Assembly (NCBI RefSeq): GCF_001194135.2
Contig: NC_069005.1
Location: 15,562,991 to 15,607,714 of the forward strand
Direction of reading: 5' to 3'
DNA: 44,724 nucleotides
From: Octopus bimaculoides
Lineage: Eukaryota
The stretch's first letter is position 1; every line of letters begins with the position of its first letter. Below are positions 1 to 11,964 of this stretch, piece after piece. Made by a program: the position numbers and the translations under genes. Below the pieces are notes generated by a model. The model saw only the letters and a list, made by a program, of their open reading frames with translations, was not told where the DNA came from and did not search any database.

Positions 1-35
<35 letters not shown>

Positions 36-59
36 AAATATATACATATATGATTTTCA

Positions 60-270
60 AAATACGACCACATGTGAATCGTTGGCGATTGTCTTCATCT
101 GTTTTTTTCCTTTCTATTTAACTTTTCGCTGTTTCTGAAGAAGAGTGTTGCTCGAAATATTAAACCATCTTTCTTTTCTTCCCTGAGTGTCTGCTAATAC
201 TTTACATGTACCACATCATCGCGTTGTTGTTTTAATGTGTTTGTTCATCTTTTTTTGATTTACGATACAT
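60..270 (+). mobile_element. Short non-coding element with a central minimal hammerhead-like motif (Penelope-type pLTR or non-autonomous derivative)
   Basis: Contains gttt-CTGAAGA-a-gag-tgttg-ctc-GAA-atat-t-aaac (131-165). Flanks align by eye with the reverse complement of 42030-42215. Confidence 0.6.
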
Positions 271-304
271 ATATACACACACACACACACAGGTATATAT
301 ATTA

Positions 305-510
305 CTCTTTTACTCTAATCCTTGTTTCAGTCATTTGAGTGTGGCTAGGCTGGAGTGCCACCTTTTAGTTGAAGAAATTGATCCCTGGACTCATTCTTTG
401 TAAGCCTGGTGCTTATTCTGTTGATATCTACAGTCGAACTGATAAGTTATGAGCACACCAACGCAGAACCATGTGTTTTGGAAGCAAGCTTCTTAGCACA
501 CAGCCACGCA
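305..510 (-). mobile_element. tRNA-derived SINE, family A, internally deleted and decayed
   Basis: Reverse complement of the family A head (cacagccacgc) and tail (ttgtttcagtcatttgagtgtggc) seen intact at 18051-18468. Confidence 0.8.
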
Positions 511-524
511 TGCACCTCTCTCTA

Positions 525-610
<86 letters not shown>

Positions 611-630
611 TATATATACATACATATATA
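511..630. repeat. (CT)n/(TA)n microsatellite
   Basis: Direct reading. The window also starts (1-31) and ends (44697-44724) in (TA)n. Confidence 0.95.
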
Positions 631-1180
631 CCATAAATCCTCGAGTATAGTCCGCCCTTGAGTATAATATGCAGGGGATTTTTAGAGGGCTGTACCTCTG
701 AAAAACGTAAACCTTGTGTATAATACGCACCCCTTCTCTAACTTGAGTCAAAGAGGTCTATATAACGTCCTTGATTTGTAAACGTATATACGGTAACATC
801 CTTTATTTTTATTATATATATAACATAATGCAAACATGTATCCTTTTTGTGCACTTTGTTAGCAGAAAATAAAGCAATAACAGTAATAACGTCAGTGAAA
901 AATAAATATTAAGTAAATTGCCTTTACATATTTATCACTATCAGTTACAAAAGCAAAAGCAAAAACATTTATTCAAATTCTTCAAATTAAACGTCACTTT
1001 CAGCATCAAATAACTGTTCCATTTGTTCCTCCAGAAACATGTCAGCATCATTGTGGTGTATATCTCCATCATCGTCAGATTGATAGTCAACATCAGAAGA
1101 TTCACTTTCATTTATTTCATCTTTCCATACTACGTCATCCTGAGTACCATCCAGTGCAAACGATATACAACACTTTTATT
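631..1180 (-). mobile_element. pogo/Tigger-like (Tc1/mariner superfamily) DNA transposon 3' remnant
   Basis: Minus 1175-987 translates to KCCISFALDGTQDDVVWKDEINESESSDVD...FDAESDV*, matching the pogo transposase C-terminal motif (KCxISxALDGxEDD) plus an acidic tail. A TA-flanked terminus ccataaatcctcgagtata lies at 631. Confidence 0.7.
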
Positions 1181-1329
1181 TTAATAAATGTTGCTTGCTG
1201 CAAGTTATGGATGATTCTTTTATGACTTCATTCCTTTCAGGCTTAGCTTAAGGTATTTTCGTGCCCAACATCACAAAATGCATCTGAATAAACATTGCCA
1301 GACAGCAAGAAGATGAACATTTTTTTGGC

Positions 1330-1432
1330 CCAAGACACTGTGTAGATCTCAAGTGTTAGCGATGCACACATACAGACAGACACACTAAGTTTTATATATA
1401 TATATAGCAGAGATAACCAGCGTTGCTCGGGA
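1330..1432 (+). mobile_element. Helitron/Helentron-like non-autonomous element termini (adjacent 3' and 5' ends)
   Basis: cagacagacacactaagttttatatatatatag followed by cagagataaccagcgttgctcggg. Similar ends occur at 42238-42252 and 43265-43320. Confidence 0.45.
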
Positions 1433-1444
1433 TTGAAATGGCAT

Positions 1445-1654
1445 TCCTTTTTATTGTTTTATTTCTTTCGGTCATGTGACTGTGGATATGCTGGAGCACC
1501 ACCTTTAGTTGAAAAAATTGACCCAGGATTTATTCTATGGAAGTCTAGTACATATTCTATTGGAGTGTTTTGCCAAACATCTAAGTTATGGGGACTTAAA
1601 CCACAGCAATATTGTTTGTCAAGCGATGGTGGGAGTACAGACAGAAACACACAC

Positions 1655-1705
<51 letters not shown>

Positions 1706-1878
1706 CACACACATACATATACAATAAGCTTCTTTCAGTTTCTGCCTCCCAAATCCACTTACAAGGCTTTGGTTGGCCCAAAGCTCTAGTAGAAGAGACT
1801 TTCCCAAAGTGCTACGCAGTGGGACTGAACCTGAAACAATGTGGTTGGGAAGCAAGCTTCTTACCACACAGCCATACC
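1445..1878 (-). mobile_element. tRNA-derived SINE, family A, near full length, with internal (GT)/(TA)/(CA) tract
   Basis: Collinear with the reverse complement of 18051-18468. Confidence 0.9.
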
Positions 1879-2414
1879 ATATATATCTTATTTGTTTCAG
1901 TCAGTAGTCTACTGCTAAGGTGGAGAACTTTCAGTCAAATGAATCAACCCCAGTACTTACTTTTTTTTTTTTCTAAGCCTGATAATTATTCTATCAATCC
2001 CTTTTTGCCAAATCACCAAGTTACAAGAATATAAAGAAAAAAACACTGGTGACAAACACAGACATGAACACACATATTTACTAATACACTTTTATGCACT
2101 TTAGTCCAAAAGTTGTGGCCATGCTGGAGCACCACTAATACGACAGGTTTCTTTTAGTTTCAGCCATTAAAATAGAGTGTATGTTTATTTCAAAGAGCAT
2201 TTAAATGTTGAAAAGCATTTAATAATTACTGTAATAAACATACACTTCATTTAAAACTTTCTGAGGAAGCTATAAGCTGATGCACAAGCACAGCTCGGAG
2301 TGCACTACTCCCTATAGTACAAGCAACTGTGAGCCAGTGAAGTTGATTTCATAATTCCAGTTTTCTTGTCATTGCATTCGTACCACACTCTGCACTCACC
2401 TCATATGTTTGGGC

Positions 2415-2670
2415 AAAGTTGTTTATGGAAGGCCAGTAGTTGCTCATGCCTACCAGCCTCCCCTCTTCACACCACCAGTGTTATCCGAAGGAAAGGCAAA
2501 GGCCGATACAGCTTGGCACCAGTGATGTTGCAACTCATTTCTACAGCTGAGTGAACTGGAGCAACGTGAAATAGAGTGTCTTGCTCAAGAACACAACACA
2601 CAGCCTGGTCTGGGAATCAAACACACTACCTCATGATTCTGAGTATAATGCTCTAACCACTGAGCTATAT
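2415..2670 (-). mobile_element. tRNA-derived SINE, family B
   Basis: Matches 3715-4050, 15895-16125, 35087-35510 and, in reverse, 36918-37135. Confidence 0.85.
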
Positions 2671-2826
2671 GGTTGGTGTTAGGAAGGGCATCCAGCTGTA
2701 GAAACTCTGCCAAATCAGATTGGAGGCTGGTGTAGCCATCTGGTTTCACCAGTCCTCAGTCAAATCGTCCAACCCATGCCAGCATGGAAAGCGGACGTTA
2801 AACGATGATGATGATGATGATGATAT
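2671..2826 (+). mobile_element. SINE/LINE 3' tail (family E) ending in (GAT)n
   Basis: ggtgttaggaagggcatccagctgtagaaac...aacccatgccagcatggaaagcggacgttaaacgatgatgat. The same tail occurs near 7540, 7820, 15800 and 17900. Confidence 0.85.
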
Positions 2827-3039
2827 ATATATGGACCAGGTGATGCATTGTGTTCTTCAATGTGGACTGGGGAATGTGCTGTGTTTTTGAGCAAAGCACA
2901 TCATTTCATGTTGCCCCAGTTCACTCAGTTGGCAAAATGAGTAATCCTGTGATGGACTGGCATCCCATCCAGGGTGTGAATATATACACCATGGAAACTG
3001 GCCTTATGAGTCTATATGACTTGGGAAGTATCTTTAACT

Positions 3040-3095
3040 GCTAAGTTATGGGGATGCAAATGCACCACCACTGGTTATTAAGCAGACACATACAT

Positions 3096-3130
<35 letters not shown>

Positions 3131-3282
3131 ATGGGCTTCTTTCAGTCTCCATCTACCAAATCCACAGAAGGCTTTGGTTGGCCTGAGGTTATTGTAGAAG
3201 ACACTTGCCCAGGGTGCCACATAGTGGAACTGAACCTGGGACCATGTGGTTGGGAAGCAAACTTCTTACCACATAGCCATGC
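3040..3282 (-). mobile_element. SINE family A, 5' half
   Basis: Reverse complement of head and core (gacacttgcccagggtgccac, gtgg-aactgaacc B-box region). Confidence 0.85.
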
Positions 3283-3714
3283 CATGCACCTAGTTCAATG
3301 ATACGTCATGAATCATGATTTCTTCTCTTTCCTCCATCAGTCTCAAAGACTATACAGGACACATTGGATTATGTAGTTCAAGATATACTATGCCTGAAAA
3401 AAAAAATCAAGATGGTTGTGGCTGGTATGTTTTTGGCATATGGCAGCTCAACCAGGGTTGACCTATGGGTAAACAACATCAAAACCATCAGCATAATAAA
3501 ATAAATTTAAATAATACTTACTCTTTGGTCTGGGGGTTCAACAAGGATAGATTCTTGAGAAAGACTGCTTTTATCTGGAAATAGAGAAATAAAACCATTG
3601 ATGGAGGCAGAATATTTAGTTGGCATTGTTATCAAACACAATGTTTATTTGGTCAGAAAGAAAATAATATACTAGGAACATTTTAGGCCTCTCTCTTTAA
3701 CTTATCTAAAGGGT

Positions 3715-4050
3715 AAAGATCCTCTTTGGTCATAAATGATGATGAGATTGCACTTAGAAAGTTACCCTCTAAGGCACAAGTCCAGGCAAGGTTGTTTATG
3801 GAAGACCAGCAGTCACCCATGCAAACCAGCCTCCTCCCTTCATGCCACTGATGTTATCCAAGGGAAAGGCAATGCCAATACAGCTTGGCGCCAGTGATGT
3901 CACAACTCATTTCTACAGCTGAGCGAACTGGAACAACATGAAATAAAGTGTCTTGTTCAGGAACACAACACAGCCCAGTCCAGGAATTGAACTCACAACC
4001 TCATGACTGAACCTGAAACTTTAACCATTGAGCTATGTGCCTTCACTTAA
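3715..4050 (-). mobile_element. SINE family B, CpG-decayed
   Basis: Collinear with 35087-35510. Confidence 0.85.
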
Positions 4051-4109
4051 CTTATCTAATGGTCTAATAAAACAAAAATATAACATACAGTATTCTTTTA
4101 AACATCTCA

Positions 4110-4352
4110 ACCTTAAGGCTGTTGCCATGCTGGAGCACCACCAGTGTAATCACCCTTTCAATGGCCAATCTTATGTCATTGACTTTTGGTGACACCTAAA
4201 CATGCACACACAAAATGGGCTTCTATATAATTTCCATCTACTCATTTCACTCACAAGGTTTTGGTCAATCCAAGGATATAGGAGATGCCCATGCCTGACA
4301 GTGGAACTGAACCTGAAACCTACTGGTTTGTATATAAACTTTTTAACTGCAT
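4110..4352 (-). mobile_element. SINE family A, decayed fragments
   Basis: gccatgctggagcacc and ttccatctactcatttcactcacaagg motifs. Confidence 0.7.
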
Positions 4353-4693
4353 AACTAGCATAAGAAAGGCAATACACAAAAATGGCTATTTTATTTATTT
4401 AAAGTTTAAGCAAGTTGTGCTAATATCGGAAGTCATAGAATTTCAATTCTCAAGTTTTTGTTATAGAGCAGCCTTGCTCAACTACTCTTCTTTAATCAGA
4501 GCTCTGACCATTCTCATAGTGGCACATGCTATTTAAAGATTTAAAACTTAATACATTTTAAAGCTGAGATTTTTACCAGCAACATAGAACAGATCAGTCA
4601 TTTTATAGAAGCCCACACTTTTGGTTGACAACAGAGGAGCTCACTTCTTGGTTTTATACTCAAATGTCAGTTAAATGATTAAAATATGGTACA

Positions 4694-4697
<4 letters not shown>

Positions 4698-4748
<51 letters not shown>

Positions 4749-5112
4749 NNNNNNNNNNNNNNNNNNNNNNNNNNNNNNNNNNNNNNNNNNNNNNNNNNNN
4801 NNNNNNNNNNNNNNNNNNNNNNNNNNNNNNNNNNNNNNNNNNNNNNNNNNNNNNNNNNNNNNNNNNNNNNNNNNNNNNNNNNNNNNNNNNNNNNNNNNNN
4901 NNNNNNNNNNNNNNNNNNNNNNNNNNNNNNNNNNNNNNNNNNNNNNNNNNNNNNNNNNNNNNNNNNNNNNNNNNNNNNNNNNNNNNNNNNNNNNNNNNNN
5001 NNNNNNNNNNNNNNNNNNNNNNNNNNNNNNNNNNNNNNNNNAGAGAGAGAGAGAGAGAGAGCGAAAGAGAGAGAGAGAGAGAGAGCGAAAGAGAGAGAGA
5101 GAGAGAGAGAGA
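4698..5112. repeat. (GA)n microsatellite spanning an assembly gap (N 4749-5041)
   Basis: Direct reading. Confidence 0.95.
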
Positions 5113-5747
5113 AAATCTGTTAGTTGAAAACTTGGATTTTTAAAATATGTTTTGCCTCTTGTCTCATTCTTTAAATTTTCTCAAATTCAGAGGAGGAGAC
5201 AAGAGAAGTAGTTTTTGAAAATTAGAAAAAAGATTTGCTTGAAAATGAAATAAATCAACCACATTTCAACTGCACACAATCTTAATCCATTCATTAATGC
5301 CATTTAATGAATGTTTGTCAAAAATACAGTTGAACATATAAAAAAAAAAGCAGTAAGGAGGCACAGGTTTAAGATTGACTGAACAATAATACTCAATGGT
5401 TATTTAACAAATTTAATCTTGTCCAATGAAGACAAAAACACCAATAATTATATAACACAGGGTTTTATTTGAGAATCTTTTTTTAAATTTAAAAAAAGGA
5501 GAGAAAATGTCAAAAAATTGCTGAAGGAAAAATAAAATTTCATTGTTTTATCATTGTTTTTGCTTTGCTATCGATAATTCAATTTTTAAATTGACAGGAT
5601 TTGTTTAATGAATAAAATTTAATTATAATAAAAAAATCAAATTGTATAAGGAGGTTTATTGGTTATTTTTTTTTCACCAGTATTTAATGTATGGTCTTGG
5701 GAAATTTTCAGTGAATCCTATTTAAAAAAAAAAATATGTTAAACAAT

Positions 5748-6665
5748 TCTTTCTACTATAGGTACAAGGCCTGAAATTTCCATGGATTATTACAGCCCCA
5801 GTGTTCAACTGATATTTTATTTTATTAACCCTGAAAGGATGAAAGGCAAAGTCAACCTTGGCAACATTTGAACTCAGAACATAAAGCTGGAAGAAAAACT
5901 GCTAAGCATTTTCTCTGGTATGGAAATGGCTTCTACCGCCTAGCCATTTTAAATATTTGATATTAATAATAATAATCCTTTTTACTAAAGGCACAAGGCC
6001 TGAAATTTGGCGGGAGGGGACTAGATGATTAAATCGACCCCAGTGTGTAACTGAAACTTAATTTAATGACCTCAAAAAGATAAAAGGCAAAGTTGACCTC
6101 AGAAAGTGAAGATGGATGAAATACTGCTAAGCATTTCACGCAGCACACTAACGGTTCTGCCAGCTCATTGCCTTAACAATAATAATAATAGGAGTAATAA
6201 TAATATTAATAATAACAATAATTTCAGATTTTGCCACAAGGCCATCAATTTTGAGGGAATGGGTAAGTCAGTTACATTGGCCTCAAAGCTCAGCTCAACT
6301 GGTCCTTTTATTTTACTAGCCCTGAAAGGAAGAAAGACAAAGTTGACCCTGGCAGAATTTAAATACATGTAAAGCCAAAAGAAATGCCATTAAGCATTTT
6401 GCCTGACATGCTACCAATTGCTGCCTTAATATTAAATATAACAATAATAATAAGTTTGGCATAAAGACAGCAATTTAGGGGCAGGGGGTAAGTTGATTAC
6501 ATTGACCCCAATGCTTACTTGGTATCTATTTCATCAAACGCAAAAAGATGAAAGGCAAAGTTGCCCTCCACAGATAATGAACCCAAAATGTAAAGACAGA
6601 CAAAATGCCACTAAGCATTTTGTCCGGTATGCTAACGATTCTGCCAGCTCACCACCTTAATAATA
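5748..6665 (-). mobile_element. Four head-to-tail copies of SINE family D separated by (AAT)n
   Basis: Units start near 5748, 5976, 6221 and 6452. Each carries cacaaggcctgaaattt...gaaaggatgaaaggcaaagt...atttgaactc...gctaagcattt or a decayed version. The minus strand gives a tRNA-like head, B-box gagttcaaat and an (ATT)n tail. Confidence 0.9.
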
Positions 6666-7269
6666 ATAAGAAGAATGTGGGTGCAGTGGAAGGGTATAAT
6701 TGTGTGTACACTACCAATGAACACCAATATATCAGAGCATTTTTTGCAATGTGTTGCCTTGTAATTTCATATCAACAGATCAACTGAAACAGCCAAACTA
6801 GTTAAGCTTATTGCTTTCACTGTTCACTGAATAAAAGATGTAATTGTATGCTTTGCCAAGAGGAAACAATAGAGCTTCTCTCAAGGGAAAAATAAACATC
6901 AAATTAGAATTACTAAAGAAAACATGTATGTATGTGAGTTTTTTGGACACAGCACAGTCAAACTAAATGGTTAAGAAGTTATTTCTCAAGTGCACAAAGT
7001 CCCAGGTTCGATCCCAGTGTGTGATGGCACCTGGGGCGTTATTTATCATAACCTTGAGTGAAATTGAAATTGAGTAGACAGAAACTAGCTGGATAAACAT
7101 TTTGAATGTCCAGCTTAGTTACACAATGACTGGATGGTTAATAAGTTCAATTTCCAACTATTCCAGGTCAGTCCTACAGCATGGAACATTATGCAAGTGT
7201 CTTCTACTATAAACCCATCACACACATGTACACACACACACACACACACACACATATATGTTGTGGTTA

Positions 7270-7670
7270 TTGTCGGTAACATGTAAAGGGCACCCGTGAA
7301 TTGTCATGGTCATTGTTGGTGACATGTAAATAGCAACCATGAATCATAGTCATGGTCGCTGCTGGTACCATGTAAATGACACCCATGCATCATTGCTGGT
7401 GCTATGTAAATGGCACCCATGAATCACAGCCGTGGTCATTGCTAGTGACATGTAAATGACACCTGTGTACTGTAGTCATGGTCGTTTGGGCGTCATGTTA
7501 ATGTCACCTGTGCTGGTGGCACATTACACACCTAGAGTGGTTGGCATTAGGAAGGGCATCCAGCCATAGAAACCTTGTCAAATCAGACTGAAACTTGGTG
7601 CAGCTCTGCAGCTCATGTCAAACCATCCAACCCATGCCAGCATGGAGAGCAGACATTAAATGATGATGTG
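7270..7670 (+). mobile_element. SINE family E with internal ~45-bp tandem subrepeats
   Basis: Repeated catgtaaatgacacc...catggtc units followed by the family E tail. Confidence 0.8.
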
Positions 7671-8639
7671 TGTATATGTGTGTGTGTGTGCATGCATATG
7701 CATGTGTGTGGCAGCATCTTGTTGTCTTGATATCATGTAATAGGTGCAAATTCAGCATCACTGCCACACAAGCATTGTGCCTTGTTTCTTGTCAGGTCAC
7801 AGGGAGAAGCAGGTGAAGGTTGGTGACAGGAAGGGCATCCAGCCAGAGAAGATCTGCCTTAATAAATCCCATCTGACTTATGCAAGTGGACACTAAAACA
7901 ATGATGATGATGAGTGACAGTGATTCTGCCTGACAGTTACATTAAGGGCAGATGTATCTGTGGACAGTGATTCAATGAACCAGAAGATCAGTTGATCTGA
8001 TGACTGAATATTATTTGTCACTGAAGCCAACAGAGATCTATTTATTTGCACATGTGCATATAAATTTATTAAAAAATCAACAAATATAAATGTATAAATA
8101 ACAATTTTGTTTATTGTTTTTATTGGACTGTCAGATAAATTCATTCATTTTTTTTTCTCTGTTTTTTTCAACCCATTTCTTTTAATCTTTTCCAATGTTG
8201 AGTGGGTTTGATAGATGGAAACTGAAAGAAGCCTGTTGTGTATGTATGTGTGTGTGTGTGTCTAGGTATCCACGTGCATGTTATCCTTTGTGTTTGGCAC
8301 CCACAATTGCATGATAACTGGTTTAGTTTGTTTACATTCTCACAATTTAGCAATTTGGCAAAAGAAAATATAGAATAAGTTTCAGGTTTAAAAGAAATAA
8401 GTCGTTTGTCTTTGGACCCTTGAAGTAGGTACCCCAGAATGGTCACAGTTGAATGACTGAAACAGGTGAAAGACAAAGGAAAACAGATATAGGTGGAATA
8501 GAGAAAAAAGTTGTCTTATATTGCAGTTGTGAAGGAATAGCAGGTGCCCTAGCACGGTTGGTCTAATACTGAAGCAAGTAAGAGAAAAAAAAAAAAAACC
8601 CAAAAAAAGCAAGATAAACTATGAAATGAAATTTTTGAT

Positions 8640-8945
8640 TGCTCAGAATGCTCTGTGTGGCACCTTGGGCAAGTGTCTTCTTCTATAACCTCAGGCTGAC
8701 CAAAGCCTTGTGAGTGAATTTGGTAGATTGAAACTGAAAGAAGTCGGTTGTGTATGTGCGAGTGTTTATTCCTCACCACTGCTTGATAACCAGTGCTGGC
8801 ATGTTTATGCTCTCATAACACAGCAGTTTGGTAAAAGAGACTGATAGTACCAGGCTTAAAAAATAAGTACTGGGGTTGATCTGTTTGACTAAAGTTCTTC
8901 AAGCATGGCTGCAGTCTAATGACCGAGACAAGTAAAAGAATAAAA
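8640..8945 (+). mobile_element. SINE family A, decayed
   Basis: ggcaccttgggcaagtgtcttc core and gtctaatgaccgagacaagtaaaag tail. Confidence 0.85.
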
Positions 8946-9004
8946 AAACAAGTTAGAGATAACAGCTATTATTTTTAGGTGACTTAATCCATGGTAATAA
9001 TGAT

Positions 9005-9225
9005 TGATGTTCTGAAAGCATAACAGCCAGAGTAAAGGATGGAAAAAAGTTCAAGAGAATATTACTTCTGTTAGCACCGAAGAATTTCTCTCCATTTGTG
9101 AAGGGAAGATTTTTATGGTGTTTGTGTATGTGCTCTGCTGTATAGTAGCAAAAGAGGAGTTTTGAATGCAGAGGATGTTCACAGGCTAAAAAGAAATGAG
9201 GTGTGTATGCACTGATGATGGAGCA
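9005..9225 (+). mobile_element. RTE-clade LINE fragment (post-RT region), frameshifted
   Basis: ITARVK / KKFKRILLLLAPKNFS..VKGR / AEDVHRLKRNE parallels the better-preserved copy at 13627-14070. Confidence 0.6.
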
Positions 9226-9244
9226 CACATGGACTGATAAATAA

Positions 9245-9600
9245 AAATTGGGTGCAAGCACAGCTGCGTGGTAAGAAGTTTGCTTACCAACCTCATGGTT
9301 CTGGGTTTAGTCCCATTGCATGGCAGCCTCAGGCTGAACAAAGCCTTGTGAGTGGATTTCATAGACAAAAACTGAAAGAAGCCAGCTATATGTGTGTGTG
9401 TGTGTGTGTGAGGATGTCCCTCACCATTGCTCAACAAGTGATGGTGCTCCGTTTACATCCCAATAACTCAGCAGATAGAATAAATACCAGTCTTAAAAAG
9501 AAAAAAAAATACTGAGGTTGATTCATTCAACAAAAAATACTTCAGGGTAGTGCACCAGCATGGGCTGCAGTTTAATGACTGAAACAAGTAAAAGATAAAG
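9245..9600 (+). mobile_element. SINE family A with internal deletion
   Basis: Head cagctgcgtggtaagaagtttgc, B-box region gggtttagtccc, tail gactgaaacaagtaaaag. Confidence 0.85.
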
Positions 9601-9689
9601 ACTGCATGTAGTGGGCGAGAGAGGAGATGGCACTGGTATGGATGTGTCATATGTCTGAAGAATAACTTTTGGGTGAAGAAGGACCAACC

Positions 9690-9842
9690 AATCCAAAGGG
9701 AAGGAGCCCACAAAAGAGAAACACTGAAGATGTAGAAATAAGTGGTGAAGGCTGATCTCAGGATGTTCAACCTGTGTGTCATGGGTTGGATCCATCTAAC
9801 TCATGACAAGAAAATATGGACATAAAATAATGAGGATGATTT
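9690..9842 (+). mobile_element. RTE-like LINE extreme 3' end
   Basis: Encodes VVKADLRMFNL, followed by ccatctaactcatgac...ggacataaaataatgaggatgat, a variant of the family E tail. Confidence 0.5.
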
Positions 9843-10060
9843 TAATGGTCTACCATATGAATTTAGAATCCATGTTTTATACACTAGCACTGGACTATTT
9901 CATTAATTGATGTTTGAAACTGGCAGTTATTTTGTAATATTGTTAACAGGGACACGCACACACATGCATGCATGCATGTGCATGCACACACACATACATG
10001 ATATCATTTGTAAAGAATATAAATCCAAGAGAAGAAGCACACTCTAAGATGTAGAGCAGT

Positions 10061-10522
10061 ATATATTAAAAATGGGGAAGGCCAGTTTATGGGATTACCT
10101 TATGTTTCCCATCCATAAAGAGTTTAGCTTCATGGCGTATTATCAGATCCCCAAAAAACCTGTTAGCCCATGACCCCTTAAAAATGTGGAGGAGGAAATG
10201 CCTCACTACTCAGATAACAACTGGAGATTACCTCCCTTTGTTAATGGCTATCAACTTCCGGGTGCTGCCATCTTGTGGGCTCTAAAAAGTTAGCAGAAAC
10301 CTCCTGAAATGTACATTTATATTTCAGGAGGTTTCTACTAGCAAAGGGAGATAATCCCTAATTGTTACCTTTGAGTAGTGAGGCATTTCTCCCTTCATAT
10401 TTTTAAGAGGTCATGGGCCAATAAGTTTTTTTGGGTCTGACGATATGCCATAAAGCTAAACCCTTTATGGACGGGAAACTTAAGGTACTCCCATAAACCA
10501 GCCTTCCCTATGTTTAATATAC
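10061..10522. mobile_element. Foldback/MITE-like element with ~185-bp inverted arms and an inner 20-bp hairpin
   Basis: 10061-10243 is the reverse complement of 10338-10522, with mostly transition differences. Inner arms at 10291-10310 and 10321-10340 have one mismatch. Confidence 0.85.
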
Positions 10523-10884
10523 ATACACACACACACACATATTTATATAGATACATCCATATATATAAATGTTTATATATGTTCCTATATGATACGTTGG
10601 GAACACACCACAAGCCACTAAAATATGCAAACTTAAAGGTACTTGAGCATAGCCACTAAACTAACATAACAGATGAATTATCTAAAGAGCCATAACATGC
10701 TTTCTATATCTTTACACTTTGTATGCAGATATTGATGCTCACATATGTTCTGATATGTAACTTTACAATGCAACTATATAATGATGATAATAATAATAAT
10801 AATAATTACTAACAAACGGTTACTGCTTGAAAAAGTAATGAGGCTGTAGTGATCCATAGCTCTAATCAGAATGCTGGAAGGTGT

Positions 10885-10915
10885 ATATGTATGTGTGTAC
10901 ACGCATGTACTAGAT

Positions 10916-10952
<37 letters not shown>

Positions 10953-11370
10953 ATATCTATGGGTGGAAAAAAAATATTTGCACGTGTGTAAATATGTATA
11001 TGAGTGTGTATATATGTATGTGTATATACATATATGTATGGGTATATGAGTACACAAGTGTGCATGTATGTATGTGCGTGCATGTGTGTGTGTATATATA
11101 AAAATGCAAGTAAGGGGTGCAAGTGCATGTACATGTAGATACATACATATGGATACATGTACGTATATGTATACATGTATGTGTGAGTGTATGTATGCAA
11201 GTGTGTATGTGTATATATATATATGTATATATATATATATGGGCTTAGAGGTATGTGATAGTGGCGCAAGTATATGTATGTGTCGAGACATACATATGGA
11301 TACGTGTACGTATATGTGTATATATGTGTGAGTGTATATGTATGCATGTATGTATGTGTGTAGGGGTGTA
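10885..11370. repeat. Compound (GT)/(AT) microsatellite with a duplicated ~150-bp higher-order unit
   Basis: gcaagt...acatacatatggatac(a/g)tgtacgtatatg occurs twice (~11119 and ~11266). A gap follows at N 11423-11777. Confidence 0.8.
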
Positions 11371-11964
11371 TAATTCACCATCAGTGATATAGATGTTGAG
11401 TGGGTCAGACTGTCTGCATACTNNNNNNNNNNNNNNNNNNNNNNNNNNNNNNNNNNNNNNNNNNNNNNNNNNNNNNNNNNNNNNNNNNNNNNNNNNNNNN
11501 NNNNNNNNNNNNNNNNNNNNNNNNNNNNNNNNNNNNNNNNNNNNNNNNNNNNNNNNNNNNNNNNNNNNNNNNNNNNNNNNNNNNNNNNNNNNNNNNNNNN
11601 NNNNNNNNNNNNNNNNNNNNNNNNNNNNNNNNNNNNNNNNNNNNNNNNNNNNNNNNNNNNNNNNNNNNNNNNNNNNNNNNNNNNNNNNNNNNNNNNNNNN
11701 NNNNNNNNNNNNNNNNNNNNNNNNNNNNNNNNNNNNNNNNNNNNNNNNNNNNNNNNNNNNNNNNNNNNNNNNNNNNNTGTATGTGTATATACATATATAC
11801 CTCTCCCTTCTTTCTAATACAATTCCTCTGTCTTAAACACAATGAAACTCAATTCATCCCCATCCAGCCATTAACTACTACTACAAACCATTTTTTTTTA
11901 ATCAACAATTATTTGTCTATATTTACAAGTGTTTGCAACTCTTGTTGAGAAAGGATAATAGTAA

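Noticed and set aside
3341-3424. Possible 84-nt plus-strand exon (strong pyrimidine tract + AG, donor gtatgt, two open frames)
   Set aside because: Neither peptide is recognisable, the donor appears to lie in a repeat-like tail, and there is no partner exon. Spliced RNA-seq would be needed.
7995-8030. CTGATGA motifs near 7998, 9214, 15869 and 32818
   Set aside because: No correctly spaced GAAA or paired stems were found.
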